Positions 37,806 to 44,294 of a stretch of 44,294 bases of DNA are shown in pieces. The stretch's first letter is position 1. Each line of letters starts with the position of its first letter. The notes under the pieces are model-generated. The model was not told where the DNA came from and did not search any database. It was given only the letters and a program-made list of their open reading frames with translations. The translations under genes and the position numbers were made by a program. Source of the stretch: Alistipes sp. (GTDB lineage: Bacteria > Bacteroidota > Bacteroidia > Bacteroidales > Rikenellaceae); the NCBI GenBank assembly GCA_017555545.1, contig JAFZGE010000017.1:1-44294 (forward strand). Reading direction: 5' to 3'.

Positions 37806-38834
37806 TTATAAATCTAATACGGGGTCGGCAATGTCGAATGTGCCGTATAGCTGCTCCGAGGCTGCACGACAGCCTCCACGACAGCGCTGCCAGAGGTCGC
37901 ACTGGGCGCATCGCTCGGGCGTGGTGTCATAGATGCCATCATCGGTTGTGCGCCTGAGGATATCCTCGAGGTGCTCCTTGTGGATGTTTCCCAATACGCG
38001 TGGCGAGTGGTTGCAGAAGCGCACATCGCCGCGGTAGTTGATGGTCAAGGGGCGCGACTTGAGATCCGTTGTGCAATGCGTGAAGGTGATGTTGGGGTAA
38101 TCTGAGGGCGTGAGCACGCACATAGGTGTGCAGACGCCATTGTGGGCACGCATGCCCAGCTCGCCAAGTTTAGCGTTAGCACGGCGGAAGGCATCGCGCA
38201 ACTCGGCATGCGAGAGCGTTAGCTCTGCGGCGTACTTACGACCCAAACCACCGATATTAAAGCGGTTAAGCATTATTCTTTTGACCCCCATCGCGGCATA
38301 CATCTCCAGTGTAGACTCTATATCCGCCACATTCAGGCGGCTAAGGATAAAGACGGGCGTCAGCCAAGCGGGGTCGATGTCGGTTATACGCTTGGCACTC
38401 GCCATGGCGCGCTCCCATGAGCCCGCAAGCTGCGTTATGTGGTCGTGCACCTCCGCGCGGTCGGAGAGCAGCGGTATCTGCACTACGCCAACGCCAAGGT
38501 CTCTAATAATGTTGATGTCTTCTGCCTTGAGAAGTGTGCCGTTAGTCAGCAGGTTGACATTCGAGCCACCAATGCGCGCCTTGAGTATAAGGTCGTGGAT
38601 GCGGGGCATAAGCATCGGCTCGCCACCCGAGAACGATATGCTCGAGATATTGGCCTCGCGCTGCAAGCGTTTTAGCGTGCGGCGTGCCATGCGGAAGTCG
38701 GGCGCAGCAACGGGGCAAGGCTCTGCTCCACCCTTAAAGTGGTTGTAGCAGAACCTGCACGCCTGGTTACAGGCATCCGTGAGCTCGAAGACCATAAAGC
38801 CGAGCTCCATCTTTTTGCGTCGCGAGAAAAACAT
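37806..38834 (-). CDS. Radical SAM/SPASM enzyme B
   Basis: FELTDACNQACRFCYN, FSGGEP, LTNG, and SPASM C...GDVRFC...GNI...CAQCDLWQRCRGGC. Confidence 0.9.
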   Translation of the reverse strand: MFFSRRKKMELGFMVFELTDACNQACRFCYNHFKGGAEPCPVAAPDFRMARRTLKRLQREANISSISFSGGEPMLMPRIHDLILKARIGGSNVNLLTNGTLLKAEDINIIRDLGVGVVQIPLLSDRAEVHDHITQLAGSWERAMASAKRITDIDPAWLTPVFILSRLNVADIESTLEMYAAMGVKRIMLNRFNIGGLGRKYAAELTLSHAELRDAFRRANAKLGELGMRAHNGVCTPMCVLTPSDYPNITFTHCTTDLKSRPLTINYRGDVRFCNHSPRVLGNIHKEHLEDILRRTTDDGIYDTTPERCAQCDLWQRCRGGCRAASEQLYGTFDIADPVLDL

Positions 38835-38837
38835 AGG

Positions 38838-39350
38838 TTAATCTACAATAGAGACAAAGACGGAGTGTGGTGTCGAGTGCTCCTCTCCCTCATAATTCAC
38901 ATACTCCACGCACAACTTCGCCCTACCACGATAGTCGCCAGCATTAATTGTGAAAGATAGTAGGTTATCGCCATGCTCCACATTATACATCTCACTGCAA
39001 AGCACCCGATCCTCATCGTTGTCATCGCTTATCAACGATATTGTCACCTCCTCGCCAAACTCACACACATATTTAAGAACTACAATATCTCCATTGCGAA
39101 GCTCGCTATTGGCTACATTATTATTCCATCTGTGATAGTTAGATGGCGGGGGTGCAGGGTCGTAGCATGATGTCATAAATCCACCACCCTCGCAGGCTGT
39201 CGATGCCAATGCCGTAAGGCCAATCAGCATACCGCCAAGGCGATATTTTAAGCTTGTTGCGCGCTTACTTCTGCCACCGCTAAGGATAAGCCACAACGAC
39301 ACAGCTACGAATGCCATGCTAAGCGCTACTATAAGTATTGTTCGTTTCAT
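38838..39350 (-). CDS. Membrane-anchored hypothetical protein with TSCYDPAPPP motif, candidate substrate of rSAM B
   Basis: Two N-terminal hydrophobic segments, the second ending in lipobox-like STAC, then a Cys-Tyr-Pro-rich motif and a beta-rich domain. It ends 3 nt before rSAM B. Confidence 0.75.
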   Translation of the reverse strand: MKRTILIVALSMAFVAVSLWLILSGGRSKRATSLKYRLGGMLIGLTALASTACEGGGFMTSCYDPAPPPSNYHRWNNNVANSELRNGDIVVLKYVCEFGEEVTISLISDDNDEDRVLCSEMYNVEHGDNLLSFTINAGDYRGRAKLCVEYVNYEGEEHSTPHSVFVSIVD

Positions 39351-39389
39351 AGTGTTAGATTTTTCCGTTATTGAAAGGATGACGCATGT

Positions 39390-39749
39390 TTACTCCTCGC
39401 TGTTTACGCGCGTGAGTTCTATATCGCCGAGTTCGATTTGTGTGCCCGGTTCGCCAAAGGTGAATGACCTTTTTTCGAAGTCGCCACCATTAGCCTCGCC
39501 ATCGGTATCGGTCAATGCCAGCCAGGGCCTAGTGCCATAGATGTGGAAGCGGCCATTCTCATCCGTAGTGGTTCTGTTCTCGCCACAACGCGCCTCGATG
39601 CCCTCGATGGGCGTGCCACTCTCATCGACAACACGACCCGAAGCACCGAACTCCGCATTAAACTCAGTGTACTCAACGCCATAGCATGCGACGCATGTTA
39701 GCGTCATGCCAAATAGCGCAAATAGTCGTACTAATAGTTTGCCAGTCAT
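39390..39749 (-). CDS. rSAM-associated putative lipoprotein, paralog 4 (TIGR04134-like)
   Basis: Signal ending CVAC-YG, plus VVDESGTPIEGI and DTDGEANGGDF blocks. Confidence 0.85.
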   Translation of the reverse strand: MTGKLLVRLFALFGMTLTCVACYGVEYTEFNAEFGASGRVVDESGTPIEGIEARCGENRTTTDENGRFHIYGTRPWLALTDTDGEANGGDFEKRSFTFGEPGTQIELGDIELTRVNSEE

Positions 39750-39766
39750 AGTATTAAATTTTTAAT

Positions 39767-39805
39767 TGTCATTGCGAGGAATTGCGTGCAATTCCGTGGC
39801 AATCT
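39767..39805. repeat. REP-like palindromic element
   Basis: tgtcattgcgag-gaattgc-gt-gcaattc-cgtggcaatct resembles the widespread GTCATTGCGAG...GCAATC extragenic palindrome. Confidence 0.6.
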
Positions 39806-39813
39806 ACCTTTTG

Positions 39814-40269
39814 CTACTCCTCGGGAGTATCAGTGTTCTCCTCGCTCTTCTCCTTGAGCTTCATGGTCACAGTGCCCATATCGGCGGTGTAGGCGCCTTC
39901 GTACCAGTTACCATCGCCCTCCTCGGTCTGTATGAGGTTCTCAATCTTCACGGTGAGCGTCTCGAACTCACCGCCATTGGCCTCGCCATCGACATCGATA
40001 AACTGCATCTTTTGGTTTTGAGCACCAGGCCAGAAGTATCCGCCATAGGCATCGATATTACCCTCGTAGTCCGAGAAGCCAGTATTATACTCGAAGCGTC
40101 CACCATCCTCGGTGCGCACTTCGATACCCTGGATGGGGTTGCCCGCCTCATCCACAACACGCGCCTTGAGCGAGAAGCTAACAGTGGGACAACCATACTC
40201 CACCATACCAAAATGGTCGCAGCTTGCAAAGCCAAGCATAGCCATTAGTAGATATATAAGTCGTTTCAT
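39814..40269 (-). CDS. rSAM-associated putative lipoprotein, paralog 3 (TIGR04134-like)
   Basis: LGFASC lipobox, MVEYGCP, VVDEAGNPIQGI, DVDGEANGGEF and GDGNWYEG. Confidence 0.88.
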   Translation of the reverse strand: MKRLIYLLMAMLGFASCDHFGMVEYGCPTVSFSLKARVVDEAGNPIQGIEVRTEDGGRFEYNTGFSDYEGNIDAYGGYFWPGAQNQKMQFIDVDGEANGGEFETLTVKIENLIQTEEGDGNWYEGAYTADMGTVTMKLKEKSEENTDTPEE

Positions 40270-40272
40270 AGT

Positions 40273-40695
40273 TTATAGGTTTTTAAGTTTCATAGTTACC
40301 TTGCCGACGTTGACAACAGCGCTACCAACATATCCCCACTCGTCGGGCTTGTTGTTGATGCCTGTGAGCTGATCGCGGATATCAACAGTTACACTCTCAT
40401 ACTCGCCACCATTGTAGTCGCCATCAACATCCTCGAATACCACCTTGTGCAACTTATTGGGGTTGATGTGCACAAAGCCATAGTCTATTATGCCCTGATA
40501 GTCACTATATCCCGAGCGGCCATAGAAGGCGCTGCCCTCGGGGTATGAGTAGATGCCTTGTATTGGGTTACCCTCCTCATCGACAACCTCTGCGCAGAAG
40601 CTGAGCACATAGTATGGCTCACGCTTAGGCTCCTTCTCGCACGATGATAGCGCAAAGCTGCACACCACCATCGCCAACAGTATTAATCGTTTCAT
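40273..40695 (-). CDS. rSAM-associated putative lipoprotein, paralog 2
   Basis: LSSC lipobox, EPYY, VVDEEGNPIQGI and DVDGDYNGGEY. Confidence 0.85.
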   Translation of the reverse strand: MKRLILLAMVVCSFALSSCEKEPKREPYYVLSFCAEVVDEEGNPIQGIYSYPEGSAFYGRSGYSDYQGIIDYGFVHINPNKLHKVVFEDVDGDYNGGEYESVTVDIRDQLTGINNKPDEWGYVGSAVVNVGKVTMKLKNL

Positions 40696-40716
40696 TGCTG
40701 TACCTTATATATATTA

Positions 40717-41097
40717 TTACTTCTTCTCCAGTTTTACATCGACCACAAGGGTGTCTCCGTCTCTATGCTTCTCAGCCCGGCTCATATTGAGGTGCTTCTC
40801 TTCGAACTCACCGCCATTCTCCTCGCCATCGACATCCTTGAACTTCATCAACTGGATATCATCCTCCCACGACACTATGCAGTCGCCATTCTCATCGGTG
40901 TAACCAGCAGGCTCGACACTACCATTATATCCCGCCGAAACCTCGATGCCCTTGATAGCATTACCATCCTCATCCACTACATGAGCCTTGAGCTTCGTAG
41001 GTTTAGGGAGCAGTGGTGCATACATAGGCATGGGCTCATTAATAGAGGAGCAACTGAAACCGAGCGCCGCCAAAAACAGGTAAACTATCTTTTTCAT
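40717..41097 (-). CDS. rSAM-associated putative lipoprotein, paralog 1
   Basis: LGFSC lipobox, PMPMYAPL, VVDEDGNAIKGI and DVDGEENGGEF. ATG 41097 is preferred. Confidence 0.85.
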   Translation of the reverse strand: MKKIVYLFLAALGFSCSSINEPMPMYAPLLPKPTKLKAHVVDEDGNAIKGIEVSAGYNGSVEPAGYTDENGDCIVSWEDDIQLMKFKDVDGEENGGEFEEKHLNMSRAEKHRDGDTLVVDVKLEKK

Positions 41098-41152
41098 AAG
41101 CCACAAAAATAAATGTTGAACATTAGCCCCTAAATTGGGTTTTTCTCTACTG

Positions 41153-41184
41153 CAAATTTACGAAACAATATAGCCGTTACCAAA
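41153..41184 (-). promoter_or_regulatory. Promoter of the rSAM/lipoprotein operon
   Basis: TTTG (41181-41184), 20-nt spacer, TAAATTTG (41153-41160). Confidence 0.7.
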
Positions 41185-41219
41185 TTTTTTAGCCGTTTTT
41201 ATTTCCGCGACGCCTTCTA

Positions 41220-41341
41220 AAACATGCTGATAATCAAATAGTTACAAAATGCATTTTTGCGAGTTTTTCATAGTGCTGATAATCAAGCAGTTACGAATAT
41301 AATAAACCAACGCGTATAACTTATTGAAAATCAATATCATT
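41220..41341. repeat. Three phased dyad motifs (TAAC-N4-TGA-N3-TCA-N4-GTTA-like)
   Basis: tgctgataatcaaatagttac (41225-41245) and tgctgataatcaagcagttac (41274-41294) are 19/21 identical. A third, degenerate copy taacttattgaaaatcaa lies about 48 bp further on. Confidence 0.65.
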
Positions 41342-41395
41342 TTTAAGTCGTTAATTTATTTAGGGTTGATACTCCTCTATTCACGAAAAAAGAGT

Positions 41396-41403
41396 TACCT
41401 TTG
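41396..41403 (+). promoter_or_regulatory. -7 box (TACCTTTG) for ispG-recO
   Basis: TAnnTTTG match that overlaps the ORF-track TTG start, supporting ATG 41425. Confidence 0.65.
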
Positions 41404-41424
41404 CTACAAAACCGAAAAACATCT

Positions 41425-42909
41425 ATGAGTACAACACTAAAATATAGCCGTCGCGAGGCACATGAGGTGACATTTGGCGGTGTTAAAATCGGCTCAACAC
41501 ACCCCATTGCCGTGCAGTCTATGACCAACACGCCAACGGCTGATGTCGCCCTCTCCGTAGAGCAGACAAAGCGCATTGCCGAGGCGGGAGCAGAGATTGT
41601 GCGCCTCACAGCACAGGGCAAAAAGGAGGGCGAGGCACTCGGCCCTATCATGGAGCAGCTACGCAAAGAGGGCTGCAGTGCGGCCATCGTTGCCGACATC
41701 CACTTCACGCCCGAGATAGCGATGATGGCAGCCGAGGTGGTCGACAAGGTGCGCATCAACCCAGGTAATTTCCGCACCTCGAATGGCGAGTTGGAGCGAC
41801 TCATAGATATATGTCGCCGTCGTGGCGTGGCACTCCGCATAGGCGTAAACCATGGCTCGTTGGCAAAGCGCATATTCGATGAGTATGGCGACACCCCCGA
41901 GGGCATGGTAGCCTCGGCGATGGAGTTTTTGACTATGTGTCGCGAAGCGGACTTCCATAACGTAGTGGTGTCGATGAAGTCGAGCAATACGCGCGTAATG
42001 GTGCACGCATACCGTCTGCTTGTTGAGGCAATGAAGCGCGAGGGCATGACATACCCCCTACACCTCGGCGTAACCGAGGCGGGTGACGGCATCGAGGGTC
42101 GCATAAAGAGCGCCGTGGGCATTGGAGCACTGCTTGCCGATGGCATTGGCGACACCCTCCGCGTATCGCTCACCGAGGATCCCGAGAACGAGGTTCCCGT
42201 AGGTAGAATTATAGTCGACCACTTTGCAAAGCGCAGCGGTGAGTTTGAGGTGGCATCGCTCGAGAACTACTCACCCACAGCATTCAAGCCACGCACAACA
42301 GCCAAGCCCATCATACATAGCGAGATTAGCGAGGCTTACGACATCGTAGATGCCGTAAGCGCCAACCCCACGCACGAGTGGCGCGCCTCAATCCTCAACC
42401 GCACGGACAACCGCCCCGTGGTACTCCGCCGCCGATATGAGGAGAGTGACCCCACGCTTGTAGCGATATATGCCGCAGCAGACATGGGACAGCTGCTTAT
42501 CGATGGCTTGGCAGATGGTGTGTGGATTGACGCCCCAGCACTCGAGGCAAAGGTAGTTGAAGAGATTGAGCTTATCCTTTTGCAGGCATCGCGCTTGCGC
42601 TTCTCGCGCACTGAGTATATCGCCTGCCCAAGTTGCGGTCGCACGCTCTACGACATACAGTCTACACTCGCAGCAATCAAGGCACGCACATCGCACCTCA
42701 AGGACCTCAAGATTGGTGTTATGGGCTGCATCGTGAATGGCCCAGGCGAGATGGCAGATGCCGACTATGGCTACGTTGGCTCATCACCAGAGCATATCAC
42801 CCTCTACCGCGGCCGTGAGGTTGTGGAGCGTAACATCCACCAGTCGGAGGCTCTCGACCACCTTATCGAGATTATCAAGGCTGATGGCAAGTGGCACGAC
42901 CCCCAATAG
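41425..42909 (+). CDS. ispG: (E)-4-hydroxy-3-methylbut-2-enyl-diphosphate synthase
   Basis: VQSMTNT, VADIHF, RINPGN, RIGVNHGSL, PLHLGVTEAG, GIGDTLRVSL, ACPSCGR and VMGCIVNGPGE. Confidence 0.97.
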   Translation: MSTTLKYSRREAHEVTFGGVKIGSTHPIAVQSMTNTPTADVALSVEQTKRIAEAGAEIVRLTAQGKKEGEALGPIMEQLRKEGCSAAIVADIHFTPEIAMMAAEVVDKVRINPGNFRTSNGELERLIDICRRRGVALRIGVNHGSLAKRIFDEYGDTPEGMVASAMEFLTMCREADFHNVVVSMKSSNTRVMVHAYRLLVEAMKREGMTYPLHLGVTEAGDGIEGRIKSAVGIGALLADGIGDTLRVSLTEDPENEVPVGRIIVDHFAKRSGEFEVASLENYSPTAFKPRTTAKPIIHSEISEAYDIVDAVSANPTHEWRASILNRTDNRPVVLRRRYEESDPTLVAIYAAADMGQLLIDGLADGVWIDAPALEAKVVEEIELILLQASRLRFSRTEYIACPSCGRTLYDIQSTLAAIKARTSHLKDLKIGVMGCIVNGPGEMADADYGYVGSSPEHITLYRGREVVERNIHQSEALDHLIEIIKADGKWHDPQ

Positions 42910-42916
42910 GTAACAC

Positions 42917-43645
42917 ATGGCGCTGAAGTCATATAAAGCACGTGGCATCGTTCTCGGCACACTAAAGTATGGCGAGAAGGGGCTCATCGTGCATATGCTT
43001 ACCGACACTTTCGGCCGCCAGAGCTATATGATACAGGGCGTAAAGCCCTCGGCAAAGGGCTCGAAAATGGCACTCCTGCAGCCGATGTTTGCTGTGGAGT
43101 TCGAGGGTTTGCAATCATCGAAGATGTCTATGCACCGCATGAAGGATCTCGTGCCAGGCATAGTGTTGCAGTCTACCCCCTTCGACATCCGCAAGTCTAC
43201 GATGTCGCTATTTATGGCCGAGGTATTGTATCGCCTAGTGAGAGACAACGAGCCAGCACACGAGCTCTTCGACTTCGTATGGGGTTGCGTGGCGGCACTC
43301 GACGCCATAGATGAGGGCATAGCCAACTTCCACCTATGGTTTCTTGCCAACCTCAGTCGCCCGCTCGGTTTCTCGCCCGACAACGAGTATCAGGATGGCG
43401 CATGGCTCGATATGCGAGACGGACACTTCACACCCCACGCCCTGATACCAAGCATGGCACTAACGCCCGAGAATGCACGAATACTACACGATATGTTGGA
43501 GTGCGATGTGCGCTACCTCGCCGAAATTGGCCTCAACCGCACAGAGCGCGTGGAGTTCCTCGATGCCATGCTCAAATACTACGCCTACCACCTCGAATCT
43601 ATACGCGCGGTGGAGTCTATACGCATCCTGAGAGAGGTCTTCTAA
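42917..43645 (+). CDS. recO: DNA repair protein RecO
   Basis: GIVL...KYGE...IVH.LT..FGRQSY OB-fold N-terminus, F.AEVL, LGFSP and the Bacteroidetes-type C-terminus S..IL.EVF. Confidence 0.9.
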   Translation: MALKSYKARGIVLGTLKYGEKGLIVHMLTDTFGRQSYMIQGVKPSAKGSKMALLQPMFAVEFEGLQSSKMSMHRMKDLVPGIVLQSTPFDIRKSTMSLFMAEVLYRLVRDNEPAHELFDFVWGCVAALDAIDEGIANFHLWFLANLSRPLGFSPDNEYQDGAWLDMRDGHFTPHALIPSMALTPENARILHDMLECDVRYLAEIGLNRTERVEFLDAMLKYYAYHLESIRAVESIRILREVF

Positions 43646-43647
43646 CT

Positions 43648-43666
43648 TGTGCCACGATATGGCACA
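43648..43666. promoter_or_regulatory. Palindrome TGTGCCA-N5-TGGCACA, candidate operator
   Basis: Perfect 7-bp inverted repeat just upstream of a weak -7 box (GATATTTG) and the WYL gene ATG. Confidence 0.5.
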
Positions 43667-43699
43667 CAAAAAGGCGATATTTGCACCAAAACTTAGAGT

Positions 43700-44294
43700 A
43701 TGTCAGCAAAAAAGTTTAATAGATATGTGTGGCTCCTCGACCTTGTGGCGCGCCACAACGGCATTAGATTCAAGGATATAAGTCATGCATGGGAGCGCTC
43801 GGCACTTAACGACATCCCTGGCACGCCGCTGCCACGCCGCACATTCAACAACCACATCGCGGCGATAGAGGAGATGTTCGACATCAGCATCGTATGTCAG
43901 CGTCATGGCGGCTACCACTACGTACTTCAAAGCGCCGACGGAGGCGAACTATCCGAGACACAGCTACAACTGCTACGTCAAATGCGCCTGAGCAATGCGT
44001 TGGCGACAAACCCCAAACTCAACAAGCGCATAGTGCTCGACAAGAGCGTACTATACCGCCACCTGAACCCTATCTTGGAGGTGATGGAGGAGTCGCGATG
44101 TGTGAAGCTAAAATTCAGGCGTCCCGAGGAGGATCGTGTAATACGCCTCGAGTATATATTCGAACCCTACTTTATCAAGCAGTTTAAGAGCGACTGGTTT
44201 GTCATTGGTCGCTCAGTGGAGGAGAACATGATACGCATCTTCAACTTCCGACACTTCCACCCAATTGAGCCCCTCGAGATGACATTCAGCTACC
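43700..44294 (+). CDS. WYL-domain transcriptional regulator, 5' part (runs off the window edge)
   Basis: Not in the ORF track. Manual translation gives MSAKKFNRYVWLLDLV...IRFKDISHAW...LPRRTFNNHIAAIEEMFDISIVC (wHTH) and ...FEPYFIKQFKSDWFVIG (WYL-like). Confidence 0.85.
   Translation, partial: MSAKKFNRYVWLLDLVARHNGIRFKDISHAWERSALNDIPGTPLPRRTFNNHIAAIEEMFDISIVCQRHGGYHYVLQSADGGELSETQLQLLRQMRLSNALATNPKLNKRIVLDKSVLYRHLNPILEVMEESRCVKLKFRRPEEDRVIRLEYIFEPYFIKQFKSDWFVIGRSVEENMIRIFNFRHFHPIEPLEMTFSY

Noticed and set aside
32544-41341. Accessory block as an integrative mobile element
   Set aside because: No integrase, transposase, tRNA target or flanking direct repeat was found by eye, so mobility is unsupported.
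41343-42173. 276-aa antisense ORF over ispG, and the many other short overlapping ORFs in the track
   Set aside because: These are antisense or alternate-frame shadows caused by codon bias.
43703-44187. ORF-track calls 43703-43930 (-) and 43894-44187 (+)
   Set aside because: They are superseded by the open WYL reading frame starting at 43700, which runs off the window.

Overview
This 44.3-kb window looks like chromosomal DNA from a Bacteroidales organism, probably Rikenellaceae/Alistipes-like. That is inferred from gene content (gldH, exbB-hyp-exbD-exbD, GH92/GH97, many lipoproteins) and from TAnnTTTG -7 promoter boxes ahead of most transcription units. Most of it is housekeeping: iorA (partial), upp, hflX, tonB, rlmN, yitT, priA-comF-dprA-tatD, ansA, exbBD, ricT-gldH-trmB-rlmD-rmuC, ridA, ispG-recO and a partial WYL regulator, plus a GH97-GH92-GH92 trio. 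The standout accessory region is a minus-strand operon at 36518-41097. It encodes two different radical SAM/SPASM enzymes, four diverged paralogous small lipoproteins, a 61-aa lipopeptide and a membrane-anchored 'SCYDP' protein. All six candidate substrates carry a Tyr-centred motif just after a lipobox-type Cys. This looks like an expanded, two-enzyme lipoprotein post-translational modification system. Non-coding points of interest are a strand-specific structured tonB leader, a promoter-to-terminator unit with no real ORF (candidate sRNA), a MITE-like element, a G9 tract in a promoter spacer, phased dyad motifs upstream of the rSAM operon, and a palindrome ahead of the WYL gene. No rRNA, tRNA, CRISPR array or transposase was seen. 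All family calls come from motif recognition, not database searches.
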